A DNA stretch of 64,000 nucleotides, taken from NCBI GenBank assembly GCA_951406725.2, contig OX597817.1, positions 164,238,001 to 164,302,000 on the forward strand. The letters run 5' to 3'. The position numbers and the translations under genes are program-made. Every line of letters starts with the position of its first letter. The first letter of the stretch is position 1. Below are positions 1 to 12,562 of this stretch, piece after piece. This DNA is from Octopus vulgaris. Its lineage: Eukaryota. The notes beneath the pieces were generated by a model. The model saw only the letters and a program-made list of their open reading frames with translations. It had not been told where the DNA came from and ran no database searches.

Positions 1-350
1 GGGTTTGTAAGGGAAATAACTATAAAGCATTTTTAGAGAGTTATAGCCAAAAAACGGAAAAAAAAATGATGGTAAATTTTTTTTTGTTAAAAAGGTCGAA
101 TTGCGTCCCCTAGACAGTCTGTGGTTTGTGTTTCTGATTCTCGACCCCATGTCGAATTTATCGATTTTTTCAGAACTGGGGGAACTTTTCAAAATTTTTG
201 CTGCGTTAGTTTTGAATTATGACATTGGGCTAAGTGTGTGTCAAGTTTCATCAGAATCGGTTGAAAGCCGTGGTCAGGGTGAGGGTACAACCTAACAGAC
301 ACACAGAAACACACACAGACAAACTGCCGTTTATATATAGAGAGAAGAGA
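1..350 (-). mobile_element. Helitron-like non-autonomous element, 5' end (truncated by window edge)
   Basis: Minus strand begins TC...tatatataaacggcagtttgtctgtgtg, resembling the 5' end of the clean Helitron at 49092-49520 (tctttatatctataaacggcaaaatgtccgtg). Confidence 0.5.
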
Positions 351-384
351 TATATATGTATAAATGAATATTATATAGATTTGT

Positions 385-1872
385 ATGTTAGTAAGGTAAA
401 TGTTGGCAATGAGTATAGCGAAGAATTCTGGATAGAAGTAGGGGTTCACCAAGGATCAGCTCCGTCTTATTCATTATAGTCCTCCAAGCAATAACAGAGG
501 AATTCAAGACGAGCTGTCCCTGGGAGCTCCTCTATGCTGATGACCTTGCTCTCATAGCAGAATCACTACCAGAACTAGAAGAAATTTCAGGTGTAGAAGC
601 AAAGTTTAGAGAAGGGCCTTAGAGTCAATGTTGCAAAAACCAAAGTCCTAGTAAGCAGGAAGGTGAACACATCACAAACTCCTTCAGGTAGATGGCCCTG
701 CTCAATCTGTAGAAAAGGTGTAGGTAGAAACTCCATAAGCTGCACCCAGTGTAAGCTATGGATGCATGAGAGGTGCAGCAACATCGAAGGAAGGTTAATT
801 GGGAAGATAGCTTTTGTGTGTGGCAGATACACAGGGGCAATAAACACCACAGATGCTCAGAAAACTGATTCCATCGCATGTCAGGGAAGAAAATAGAAGT
901 AGTTGATAGCGTCCGCTACCTAGGTGACCAAGTCTGTAGTGGGGTGGATGCTCAGAGAGCGTTGCCACTAGAATAAGAATAGCCTGAACAAAGTTCAGAA
1001 AGCTCCTACCTCTACTGGTGACAAAGGGCCTCTTGCTCAGAGTGAAAGGTAGATTGTATGATGCATGTGTGTGAACTGCCATGCTTCACAGCAGTGAAAC
1101 ATGGGCCGTGACTACTGAAGACGTATGTAGGCTTGAAAGAAATGAAGGTAGTATGATGCACTGGATGTGTAATGTCAGTGTGCACACAGGACAGAGTGTA
1201 AGTGCCCCGAGAAAAATGTTGGACATAAGAAGCATCAAATGTGGTATGCAAGAGAGACAACTGCGCTGGTACGGTCCTGTGCTATGTATGGATGAGGAGA
1301 GCTGTGTGAAGAAGTGTCACTCCCTAACAGTGGAAGGAACTCGTGGAAGAGGGAGACCCAGGAAGACATGGGATGAGGTGGTGAAGCATGACCTTTGAAC
1401 GTTGGGCCTCACAGAGGCAATGATGAAAGACCGAGACCTCTGGAGATATGCTGTGAATGAGAAGACCAGGCAAGGGAAGTGAGATCACAGCCATAGCCTA
1501 CACCAGTATCGCATAATTAGCCCATTTAAAAAGTACCTTTGAATCGTCGGGCAACATTCCATGCTTGAAGAGACCTAATGAGTCAGGTAAATTATAATCA
1601 AATCACAATCAAATGGAAATTGTAGTTATGGGCATTACCAGTGCTGGTGGTACACGATAAGCACCATTCATTCATGCATGAGTCACTGCCAGAGCCACCT
1701 GACTGACCCCCACCCCCATAAAAAGCACCATCCAAACATGATCAATGTCAGCCCCCTGCCCCAACTGGCTCATGTGCCGGTGTCTGGTGCAGCCTCCTGG
1801 CTTGCCAGTCTCCAGTCAAACTGTCCAATGCATGCCAGCATGGAAAACAGACATTAAACGATGATGATGATG
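385..1872 (+). mobile_element. 5'-truncated, degenerate RTE-clade LINE (RT C-terminus, PHD, 3' UTR, (GAT)n tail)
   Basis: Broken ORFs with VGVHQGS, LLYADDL, WPCSICRKGVGRNS and GRGRPRKTW; colinear with the 25050-26945 part of the near-intact copy; has stops and frameshifts. Confidence 0.92.
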
Positions 1873-2199
1873 AATATAGATATGCACAAACCCACAAGAG
1901 CTTACATGCATACGTGTGTGCAGACACATGTATACATGAGTAAATATACTAAATAACATACATGTAGGAATATGGGGACATACTTGTGCACACATACATT
2001 CTCACATGTATGAACACGTGTGGGTGAAAAACAATAGCAAGACTTTATACTATAAATTTAGTGACATAAACTAAGTTAAAATCTAAAGACTAAAACTAAA
2101 ACTTTCAGTGTGGTGAGGGATGTAGGACTAACAAGCCAACCATTCTTCACATTTAAGGACCACACAGTGAACTTTACTTGCAAATCTCTGAAGTTTTTC

Positions 2200-3410
2200 T
2201 AGCTACTATAGTTTCAAGGCATCCTCCTCCACAGCTGATTAAGTTCCTGGGTAACAGAAGATATCAACCACATCTATGGAACATTCTGGACATTGAACAG
2301 AATTGATTTTAGTGCTGCCCTGATTGCTAAATACTCCTGCACATCTGACACATACAAAGTCTATATTTACAGTCAGTCTGCTTGTGGTCCCAGTATATTT
2401 CTTGTGCACTCATAGTTCACACCATCTTTTTTGTATATCAAGCATGGCCATTTCCCTGATAGCAGTACGGTACTGTCTTTTCCTACTTACAAAAACTTTA
2501 ACCATTACCAAATTTACTTTACTCCTGATTTCTAGGCTTTGTATCCACAAATGGAATTTTTCTCTAAGCCTTCCTGGACTTTGCTACAAAGACAAGACCA
2601 TTGGTATAAACTAGTTCACATGAACAGCTGGATTTTCAACTTTTCCTAAATCTGTTATAACTTGGAGGATGAGAATGGAGGATAAGTGGGATGAGAATGG
2701 AGCTATGATGAACACCTACATCACTGTCATCATTTAATGTCTGCTTTCCATGCTGGCATAGGCTGGATGGTTTGACAGGAGCTGGCTAGGCAGAAGACTG
2801 TACCATGCTTTGCTGTCTGTTTTGGCATGGTTTTTATGGCCAGATGCCCTTCGTAACACCAACCATTCCACAGAGTGGACTGAGTGCTTTCTACATTGCA
2901 CCAGCACAAGCGAGGTGAGTTTTGGCAAGGTTTTTTTTTACAGCTGGATGCCCTTCCAAATGCCAACCACTTCACAGTATGGACTGGATGCTTTTTATGT
3001 GACACCAGCATTGGCAGGGTCACCAAGTAACAAGCAAGACAGAGATCCTTTAAAAAAGGAAGAGGAGGTATTGGAGGAGGTGATCTTGTGCCAGATGATG
3101 AAAGATTACATTGTGACAGTGGGACAGAAACAGGTGTCTTGCTGTAGAGAAGATAGTTATAGAGAGGGAGAGAGAGAAGGAGCACAATAAATTCCTCACT
3201 GATGCTAGTGTTAATTGCCACTTTACTAACTGCATCTCTATACAGGATTTGAACTTCTCTCAAAAGTCATTCATCTCTATGTACTTTTCCTAAAGCCTAC
3301 CAGACTACAAAATCATGGTAACTTGTCAAAAGCCTTCTCCAGATCAATAAATTCTAGATATAGAGACTTACTAAGAGCTAAACACACCTTGCAGTTGGTG
3401 GTAATTAACA
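2200..3410 (-). mobile_element. Old RTE LINE RT fragment, interrupted by an RTE 3'-tail copy (about 2720-3180)
   Basis: Minus-strand LYRDAVSKV peptide and residual nucleotide similarity to the RTE RT region; boundaries approximate. Confidence 0.6.
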
Positions 3411-3609
3411 TTATATTGTAGGTGCAGGCATGGTTCCTGGTTCAGTCTCACTGCATGGCACCTTGGACAAGGATCTTTTGTTACAGCTCTAGGTTGGCCA
3501 AAGCCATGCGAGTGGATTTGGTAGATGGAAACTGAAGGAAGCCTAATGTGCATGTGTGGATAATGGTGAGGCACAGACCACAAATCATGCCCAGGCCAAG
3601 GGCCGTGTG

Positions 3610-3857
3610 GAGTGGTGTATGCTGACAGAAATGTTAAGAAATTCGACGGAAGAGTCAGAGACAGTGCAGGAGAATTTGAGGGCAGGATAGAAGGAAACAA
3701 AGGAGTCTAGACGGTGATGGGAGAATGAGGATATGCTGATACAGTTATCGATACAATGACCATGTAGCTTGAGAGTGGGACCAATGAGTTGTGAGAATAT
3801 CTGGGCCTCAACATAGCCAACAAATGATTGGTTTGCATAGTTGGGGCCTATTCTCAT
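3610..3857 (-). mobile_element. Penelope-like element (PLE) reverse transcriptase relic
   Basis: Peptide GPNYANQSFVGYVE...CIDN...FYPALKFS.TVS..SVEFLNISVSI matches the PLE RT pattern GPxYANLFVG..RYIDD..FHPxLKFT..S..FLD; catalytic motif decayed. Confidence 0.7.
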
Positions 3858-4286
3858 TCATGGAGGTGAAGGAAGGACACCACTTACATGATGGTGATGT
3901 CCATTTACAACTATCATGCAATGAAGAGAGAAGGAGACAGTAGCACACATATACACACCAGGCTTCTTTCAGTTTCCTCCTTCCACATCAACTCACAAGG
4001 CCTTGATCAGCAGAAGACAACTGCCCAATGTACCAGGCAGTGGGATTAAACCCACAATCATACAGTTGGGAATCAATTTTCTTACCACAGAGCTACATCT
4101 GCACCTATTACACACACACACACACACACTTTTGATCCAACAGCAAAATCTCATTATTGCTTTCAGTTTCACTTTCGGATGTTGGTCACAATGCTCCAGG
4201 CTCATTGCTAAATACTACAAAACATGGCTAGTAAAATTATTAATACTTTGTATGATTTTGCTTCTTCTTGTCTTTTTAGGAAACAG

Positions 4287-4614
4287 AATTACTAGAAGGA
4301 GTGGATCCCCAGTCTCTTTGCTCTCGCGCCCCTTTTAGTCGCTTCTTACGCCATACAGAGCGACGGCATTCTCCCCCCCCCCCCACTCGGAAACCTTGGA
4401 GAGTGTTTGTGGATGGATGAGTGAAGTGATGTTGCTCAAAAGGGTACAGAACCAGCATGATGCAACAGGGGTAAACTAGCATATGCAGTCGGGCCCTGCT
4501 GCTGATATCGGGGTTTGCTTTCCATGCCTTGACCCGAGCATAGGACAGAGCTCACCTGAGCTGGAAAATGAATTGAATACCGGGTGTGTGTCTTGTTGTG
4601 ACTACCCACTCCTA
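4287..4614. mobile_element. Unclassified GC-rich 328-bp insertion with 10-bp direct flanks
   Basis: taggaaacag at 4277-4286 and 4615-4624; AGGAGTGG near the start is complementary to CCACTCCT near the end. Confidence 0.45.
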
Positions 4615-5464
4615 TAGGAAACAGGCCTTGGTAAATAAAAAAGATTTTTTTTTAATGATTTTGTTTATATTTTCTGCATTATATGTTTACCAGTTTATAC
4701 ATTACTTCATGATGTACACTGGTTCCAAATTTTGGCACAAGGCCAGCAATTTCAGGGGAGGGAGTAAGTTGATTACATTGACCCCAGTACTCAACTGGTA
4801 CTTATTTTATCAACCCTGAAAGGATGAAAGGCAAAGTCGGCCCCAGCAGAATTTGAACTCGCAACATAAAGACAGATGAAATGGCACTTAGCATTTTCCC
4901 CAGCGTACTGATGGTTCTGCCCGCTCCTCACCTTTTTCTTGACGTATATTAATATATCTAGGTCCAGTGGTTGCAGTTTTGCTGAGAGAGGGAGCTACTG
5001 ATGCTTTTTAATGGGTTGTTAGTATGGGATGCATTTTATGACTCTTTTTATTTCTTTTGCCAATTGGGAACAAGAGTTATCATTCCTGACAAAAACCAAA
5101 AATGGTTAAAAAGGGGGTCTTTGATCCATACAACAAAACATTCCAACAATAATAAAAATATTAACTCTCCACCTTACCATACATGTAGTGTTTAATTGAA
5201 CGTTTTCTTTTTCGTTTTTTCACTGAAAATACCCGGAAAATATATATCATCATCATCATCATTTTTACATTCAATTTTCCATACTAGCAGAGATTAAACA
5301 AAATGTTTTGAGCCAGTATTTCATGAATGGTTGCCCTTCCTGATGCCAACCCTTTCAGTTGCTTTCTATGAGCAGAGATATATGAACAAACACGCATGTA
5401 TGTATAATGTCTTGTTACATATATGTATATATATGTGTCCATATTTGTGTGTATTATTCTTTTA

Positions 5465-5842
5465 TTTGTTTGTCATTTGGCCGTGGCCATGCTGGAGCCC
5501 CGCCTTTAGTCAAGCAAACTGATCCTAGGACTTATTTTTTGTAAGCCTAGTACTTATTCTATCAGTCTCTTTTGCCAAACCACTACATTATGGGGTCGTA
5601 AACACCCTTGCATCAGTTGTCAAGCGATGTTGGGGTGGGGGGGACAAATACAGACACACAAACATATACATACATTATGACGGGCTTCTTTCAGTTTCTG
5701 CCTGCCAAATCCACCCACAAGGCTTTGGTCAGCCCGAGGCTTTAGTATTAGACACTTGCCCAAGGAGCCACGCAGTGGGAATGAACCCAGAACCATGTGG
5801 TTGGTAAAGCAAGCTGCTTACCACACAGCCACTCCTGTGCCC
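5465..5842 (-). mobile_element. Abundant composite tRNA-derived SINE (family D here)
   Basis: Head gcacaggagtggctgtgtggtaag...ggttcattcccactgc with internal (TG)n; further copies about 18630-19015, 45140-45540, 46205-46855, 55908-56288, 60570-60990 (-) and 3420-3560, 17775-17915, 21425-21580 (+). Confidence 0.8.
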
Positions 5843-6343
5843 TTTATGCATATTTGTAGTGAACATATGTGTGTGTGTGTGTTTGCTTGTGAGTTTATGT
5901 TTTGAGATTGCTTACATACCTTAGCAAACATCAGTATCAGTAGATGTGCCATTGTTTAAATCTACCATAAAAGCATGTTCTGCCCATTGAGTAATTTCAT
6001 TGAGTATAACACCAGGGATACAAGGAAGGGATGGGCAAAAGAAGGGCATCCAACTCAAGAAAACTGCCTTAAGTATTGTTCAATCTATGCCAATATGGAA
6101 AAAGGGGATGCAATATGATAATGACGATCATGATGATGATGATTTATATTTATATACATGAGCGTATGTGTGTATATTTGCACATGTAGGTGTACATATG
6201 TTGTGTGTGTAAAATATATGCATGTGTGCGTGCGTGTGCATGCATGCATACATGCCATATAGAAGTGGGTTTCGAATGTATATTTAGAAGGCACAGAGAG
6301 TACAACTAGATGTTAAGAAATCTATGTCTAGAGTTTTGGCGTG

Positions 6344-6656
6344 GAGGTGCAATGGCCCAGCGGTTAGGGCAGCGGATTCGCTGTCGGAGGATCACGGTTT
6401 CGATTCCCAGACCGGGCGTTGTGTGTGTTTATTGAGCGAAAACACCTAAAGCTCCACGAGGCTCAGGCAGGGGGTGGTGGCAACCCCTGTTGTACTCTTT
6501 CGCCCAAACTTTCTCCCACTCTCTCTTCCTGTTTCTTGAGTAACGCTGCGATGGACTGGCGTCCCGTCCAGCTTAAGGGGGAACACATACACCATAGACA
6601 CCGGAAAACCGGGCCCATGAGCCTGGCTAGGCTTGAAAAGGGCGCATAAAAAAAAG
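6344..6656 (+). mobile_element. tRNA-derived SINE with TSD
   Basis: A/B box-like head (tggcccagcggttagg...gtttcgattccc), A-rich tail, flanked by agagttttggc(g/a)tg on both sides; head shared with 44283-44668. Confidence 0.85.
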
Positions 6657-6669
6657 AGAGTTTTGGCAT

Positions 6670-6990
6670 GTACTCCTAGAGAGTGTAGTGTGTACAATAC
6701 AGAATGTGGGGTGTACATAGAGAAGGCAGTGTGTATATCAAGACGCTGTAGAGCACTTGCGGAGTGCATATCAATAAGATAAGGAGTGTGGAGGTTGTGC
6801 AGTGTACATCAATAAATCTTGCAGTGTTCACCGAAAGGAGGTGGAGTATACCACTACAAAATGCGAAGGGAACCACTAGAGAGCATGGAGTGTATATCAA
6901 GAGGGTGTGGATTGTATATTGAGAAAATGTAGGGTGTGCATCTAGAGACTGCATACTGTACACTGTGGGATTGTGGAGAGTACATACTAA
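6670..6990. repeat. Degenerate minisatellite
   Basis: Recurrent g(g/a)gtgta(c/t)atcaa-like units. Confidence 0.5.
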
Positions 6991-7170
6991 GTGTTACAAT
7001 TTTGTTTTTTACTTTGTTTAGAAGTGGAAATGCTATGAACAAAGCAATGAATGATAATGAAATAAATGTTTCGCAAAATATAAAAACAACTAAGAAAACA
7101 AAACATTAATTGCTGGTAAATTCACATGATATGAAATGAAATTAAATAAATTAGAAATTTGCATACTTAC

Positions 7171-7321
7171 ATGATTCTTGTTTGGAAGAAGCTGGCAACT
7201 TGGCACAGAGAGCAGCTCTGCAACAAACACAGTGTAGCATATCAACATCGGTGTTCTGCCAACCATATCGTGCACAGATCATTGGTGATAAAGACAGGGG
7301 TTTAGCAAACCAAGTCCGAAC
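7171..7321 (-). CDS. ZC3HC1: ZC3HC1/NIPA exon 3 (C3HC zinc-finger, BIR-like domain)
   Basis: VRTWFAKPLSLSPMICARYGWQNTDVDMLHCVCCRAALCAKLP resembles human NIPA KWAGKPFELSPLVCAKYGW...DMLKCSSCQAFLCA; AAG acceptor, GTAAGT donor, phase 0 in and 1 out; not in the ORF track. Confidence 0.93.
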
Positions 7322-7879
7322 CTTTGCTCAAGTTAAGGAAAAGAAATACGGCATTTAAGGTGAAAAGAAAATGGGAAAAACATAGGATAGATGAGCCAAC
7401 AAAGCGGCCTCTAAAACGACTTGACTTCCTAGAAATAGCAAGCGTTCTTCAAACTGATGGTGGCCAGCAGGCCAAAACTTCAAAGTAACTGTTACCCATC
7501 TTATAAAAGTTTAATAAACATGTAGTCTTCTAAAATTATCGAGTAATCTTTCAGTTTAGTATTGAACTTCACATAAAAACTATATACACACACATGTACA
7601 TATTTAAGCCCATAGTTATAGTACAAAACACTATCCCAAGATGCTACTCAGTAGAACTGAAACCATGTGGTTGAGAAGCAAATGTCTTAAGCATATAGCC
7701 ATGCCGTGCCTTTTGTGTATATATAGATCCTAACACAACATATTAATATTCACATTTAGAACCATTCTACATAAACAGATGTAAAACAAAGAAAATAAAA
7801 GTGCTACTTTGTATCAGGTGATAACAATACAAAGTAATATGATTCAAATTTCTCATACAAAACTATGATTAAAGGATAC
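7322..7879 (-). other. U12-type (minor spliceosome) GT-AG intron, 558 nt
   Basis: 5' splice site GTATCCTTT (7879-7871); branch point TTCCTTAAC (7340-7332) 10 nt before the AG end; no polypyrimidine tract between; flanking exons join in frame. Confidence 0.93.
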
Positions 7880-8003
7880 AGTATATGACCCAACTCTGTT
7901 TAAATATTTTGCTTTATTCCGAGGATCGTTTGGTGTTTGGTCTTTAGAGGTATGGTTCACATCATCACCATCACTATCATTGTCAATCACAATATCTGGC
8001 GAA
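7880..8003 (-). CDS. ZC3HC1: ZC3HC1/NIPA exon 2
   Basis: SPDIVIDNDSDGDDVNHTSKDQTPNDPRNKAKYLNRVGSYT, whose end resembles human SKEAFFSRVETFS; ttgtag acceptor, phase 2 in matches exon 1. Confidence 0.88.
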
Positions 8004-8028
8004 CTACAACAAAATAAAAGAGCATTAA

Positions 8029-8241
8029 TCTTTTAGCATTTAAACCAGCCATATCCAGCCTAAGTATTTTACCTGTTTTATGTTCAAACCAACATCTTAC
8101 TGATGCCCTACAATACTGTTCTAAAAAAAACAAACCAATTGCAATAAAAATTTCAAAGTCATGAGATAATGCATGAGTAACTGAAAACAATGTGAATAGA
8201 TAAGCATTACATTTGACCAAAAAAATCTGAATGCTAAAGGG
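8029..8241. mobile_element. piggyBac-like MITE
   Basis: TTAA flanks, terminal inverted tcttttagcatt/aatgctaaaggg; related copy about 41107-41300. Confidence 0.65.
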
Positions 8242-9445
8242 TTAACAACAGCATGCATACAAATGTAGCACAACAATATTTGACATTTTCTTTTAAAACT
8301 AAGGTCTCAAACATTTCACTTGACTATTGTGAAACAAAACTAGAAAAACTCCAAACTGAGAACATTGCTTGTAAATAAATCATCTACCTTTCATTACTGA
8401 ACTCTTTACCATTCAAATTGGTTCCCTTGAGCCATAATGAATAATGAAAAGCAACTTGTTAGTATCAGACCCCCACCCCAGTTCAATATAAAGCAACAAG
8501 TCATTCATGAAAGTTTTCTTTGTGTACATGCGTGAGATGATCTGTCTCAGATCAAATTGTTTAATGAAGCTTGTATATTTAGATAAGTTTGAAAGTTGCT
8601 ATAGGAAGATGAGGATAATGGCAATCAGAGTCCTTTGTTGAAAAGAGGAACAAGAAAGTTGCATACAGCTGACTAAAAAAATGAATGGGTGATGGTGGTG
8701 AAATTATAAACAGGTGTCAAGATTAAAGAGACTATTAATTCTGAGGAGAACTTTTATTTTTTTCATTATTTTCTTTCTTTTACTGTAACATACTTGTAGC
8801 ACTGGGTAATATACTGGTAGAGTTCCCCATCATTTTAGCATAGGGTACTTTTTCATTAAACCAATTAATCTTTTGTTACCTCTTTGATTGCCTCAGTTAT
8901 TTCAGCTCTGAATTCAGACATAAAGATTGAAGTTGAAGGACTGATAGTTGGATCTAACAATCATTTGAAAAAGATAACTACCAATGAAGTTGTTATGTTG
9001 TTAGTTTATTGGTTGCTTTGGAAGTCTGAAAAGTACCAATGGGCACTACTCTTCCTCCTAACAAAGTGATAAAGAAAAAAAATTAATAATTTTCCCAAAA
9101 TAATTCCAATTATTTGTTGAATAGAAATAGACAGTTTTTTTTATGAGAAAAAGGACTATTGTTTATTTATTTCATTGTATTCACTGCTCCATCATTACAA
9201 ATATACAAAGGAGAGATATCTATTTTCCAAAGTCTCTGCTAGTTTCACTGAATTATGGCTGCGGTTGAAATTTGTGTGCTGCTGCTGATGTACTGAAGAT
9301 ACAAACTAAATGTGTTGTTATACGTAGCAACTGTTTCCTTATTAATAATACAAGGAGAGCAAATCTCTCATAAGTTTTCTGCTATCTATAAAAAGAAGTT
9401 AATAGTTTCTGTTGTGGTGATAGACATTAACACAAGTGTGTTTAA

Positions 9446-9664
9446 CCCTTTTGTTACAGTATTTATCTTGAGATGCTCAACGTTTCTTTCAATTACTTTA
9501 AATATAACAAAGAATTTAGTAAAATAACTTAGTTATCATTCAGATAGTGCTAGTAACATAAATTGTGACTAAGGTTTGGTGGAAGATTTTAATTCAAAAC
9601 TATGAAAACAAGACATTTGTACTTAGAGCCAGAGCCAGTTTCAGCTGGGTTGGTAACAAAAGGG
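9446..9664. mobile_element. piggyBac-like MITE
   Basis: TTAA TSD, TIR cccttttgttac/gtaacaaaaggg; paralog at 49023-49660. Confidence 0.8.
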
Positions 9665-9764
9665 TTAAAAGATGGACTCATCGGAACATTTATCGCTGAT
9701 GATAACAGAGGTATTTTGGGAGTCTCACATGACCAGTAACAGATGTCGCATGAAGACATTGCTT

Positions 9765-9995
9765 TACCTTAACTTGACAGCATTCACCCAGGGTGGGTTG
9801 AGTTAGCTTCATTCATCCTCAATGCTGTATTTCTCACAAACGCCAACCAGGCCTGGAGATTTGAGGCTAACGACCGCATGATCTCCAACCACTCCCTATT
9901 CCAGCAGCAACCGCCGTAGATGTGGGGGGGCCTAGGTTGGGTTCCAGATCAGCCTCGACTGTCATCAGCCAGGTTTTTCGTTGTCCTCCACTTCA
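9765..9995 (-). mobile_element. 3' fragment of a second RTE-like LINE family
   Basis: Minus-strand peptide GGQRKTWLMTVEADLEP...WNREWLEIMRSLASN.QAW resembles RTE ORF C-termini. Confidence 0.5.
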
Positions 9996-10698
9996 TTAAC
10001 TCATATATCCAAACATTAAGGATATAAAAGTTTCAAAGTTAACTCTACCAAATACATGTATTTCTTTCACCAACTTTCCTTGATGATTGTTGTTATCTAA
10101 CACAACAGCAACATTTATTGAGCAGATACCTATAGCATGTCAAATGACAAATATAGAGTTCCAAGTACCCTAGCATCTATCTGCCATAAGATCACACTGC
10201 ATAATAAGGCATGTAATGGCTGTTATGTTGCTATTTAGCCCTAAGTTAGCAGAACAATGAAAAGCATTCAAACCATGACCCTCTTATGTTCCTTAACGTG
10301 CCTCAGACTACTTTATCCAATATGTACTTCTCTTTTTAAGATGGATGTGATTTGAGGTAGATCTGACGTCTTTTTCAAGTGACTGGAAATCTTATTTTCT
10401 CCACTGTCTGTAGTAGAGGTAAATGAGAGTATCTAAGGGATTGCAACAGTTGCACCTCAGGTGATGTGTACGCTACAATGGTGAACTAAGTTAATGAGAT
10501 CATTGATATTGCTGCTATTATTCTTGTGTAAAAGTATTTTTTAATATTTGTATAGACATATGTGGAACAAATAGTGTCGTAGTGATGTTCTAGGTGTTGT
10601 AGATTGTGAAATAGATAAACATGTTCTGATATCAAATTCCAGCCAATCTGGCTTGGGTTTTTTCCACTCCTTAGATCAATAAAATAAGTACTATACTA

Positions 10699-11036
10699 GG
10701 TAAGGGTAAAGATCTCCCTTTGTTCATGAATGACCCTGGGATTGCACCTAGAAAGTTAAGGAACAAATTCGGGCAAGGTTGTTTATCGAAGACAAACAGT
10801 CACCCATGCATACCAGCTTCCCCTTTCCACGTCACTGATGCTATCCAAGGGTGAGGCAAAGGCCGATACAGTTTGGCACCAGTGGTGTCGCAACTCATTT
10901 TTACAGCTGAGTGGACTGGAGCAACGTGAAATAAAGTGTCTTGCTAAAGAACACAACACACACCCCAGTCCGGGAATCGAACTCATTACCTCATGATTGT
11001 GAACCCAGTGCTCTAACCACTGAGCTATGCGCCTTC
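10699..11036 (-). mobile_element. tRNA-derived SINE with 12-bp TSD
   Basis: Head gaaggcgcatagctcagtggttagagc...gagttcgattcc; TSD agtactatacta; related copies 38467-38790 (+) and 27420-27655 (-). Confidence 0.85.
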
Positions 11037-11560
11037 AGTACTATACTAATAATATATCATTTGAATCTACTGTGCTCCCTACCATTCAAATTGGTTCCCT
11101 TGAGCCACAATGAATAATGAAAATTAACTCGTTAGTATCGGACCCCCACCCCAGTTCAATATAAAATTCTTTCTGATTATTTTTTAAAAGGTGGCTGTAG
11201 AGAGCTGAGTGAATAACTTATTGAATTTATATCCGAGTGGAAATCAAAGACCTGAAATATTCAGCAAACAAAACGTAAAATGTTTGTTCAGTATTTATCC
11301 ACTTTCACACAACAATGTAATACCATATACTTCGTTTATATAACATGATGTAACACCCTAAACACAGGGATTAGTTATATCACCACACAGTTACTGCATT
11401 TAATTTTATAAAAAGTTGAAGTTCATCAATTAACTGTAACACTAGTCTTGTCTTATTCTTAATTGTATTTCGCTTATGTGACTGAATTCTTCAGTTTCTG
11501 ATAGTAAATTGAACATTCACTTTAGATTTTAGCCGTGACCATCGATAATTCAACACACAC

Positions 11561-11601
<41 letters not shown>

Positions 11602-12476
11602 AACACACAATCAGGTGTTATACATAAATATATTGAATAGTTACAGGCATTAAAATTAACAAGGTTTCATAAAATAAATGATTATGCAGTGATAATTTAA
11701 TCTACGACTTACTTACAGTATCCCATTTATGACATTTCCAATTAACCCATTCTTCAATTAATTATAATTAAATAAGAACAACTATTTTGATGAGAAATTC
11801 ATAAAAGGACTATTGATCATACAACAGTTCGGATTCATGAAAAGCAAATATGTACTTAAATTTGAATTAAATGATATCATATAATTTTTCCCCTCTGCTT
11901 GATTTTAGAGACAGGATGCATTAAATAGGTTAAAGGAAACTTTAAGAAATATGTTCAAATCGAAATACAAAATAATATATCCTTGAAACAGAACTCAGTT
12001 ATAATATCTTTTTTAATAGAGTATTTATAAAGATTATAGATATGAATGTTTCAGAATTATTGTGAATGAAAAACACAAGAATATTGACGTTATTACAATA
12101 AAAACAATGTATTTCGGTGGTTTCTTTCCTTTTAATTGAAACTTTACGAGATTATTTGAGAAAGACGTCATTAAGAAAACAGTTCAAACGCTTCAAATAG
12201 TTTCTCTTTCTCTAGGGATAGTTATGAAAATCAAAATATTATCCCATTTGGGTTTGATTCGATTTGAGTTATGAAAAACAAATACTATTTACAAAGATTC
12301 CACTGAATAAACCAACGTTAAATTTACCCCGGAAGTTGTGAATTTGAATTAAATGTTGCAAGATCTGACGTCGAGAGGGAATCAAAATACCAGTTGTTGG
12401 CTATTTTTAAACAGGGAACCGTAAAAATAAAACTGATAATTTAATTAGATTATCATTATTTTTTTAATTTACTTAC

Positions 12477-12562
12477 ATTTTCGGGCATTTACCGACACCT
12501 GTCGATATAAACGACGAGAGTAGATTTTTCACATCGACTCTTCCTGACATGTTGTTGGCCAT
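12477..12562 (-). CDS. ZC3HC1: ZC3HC1/NIPA exon 1 (coding part)
   Basis: aaaaATGGCC start; MANNMSGRVDVKNLLSSFISTGVGKCPK; GTAAGT donor in phase 2 that splices in frame to exon 2. Confidence 0.8.

Noticed and set aside
4287-4614. RNase P, RNase MRP or 7SK gene
   Set aside because: Size and terminal pairing fit, but I could not find the conserved CR-I/CR-V or paired GAUC motifs, and the direct flanks suggest an insertion
6344-6420. tRNA genes at SINE heads (also 38467, 44283, 46580-46658)
   Set aside because: They continue into shared SINE bodies, most with TSDs, and lack a complete cloverleaf and terminator
8820-9400. Additional ZC3HC1 exons in intron 1
   Set aside because: Candidate acceptors run into stops, and exon 1 already joins exon 2 in frame
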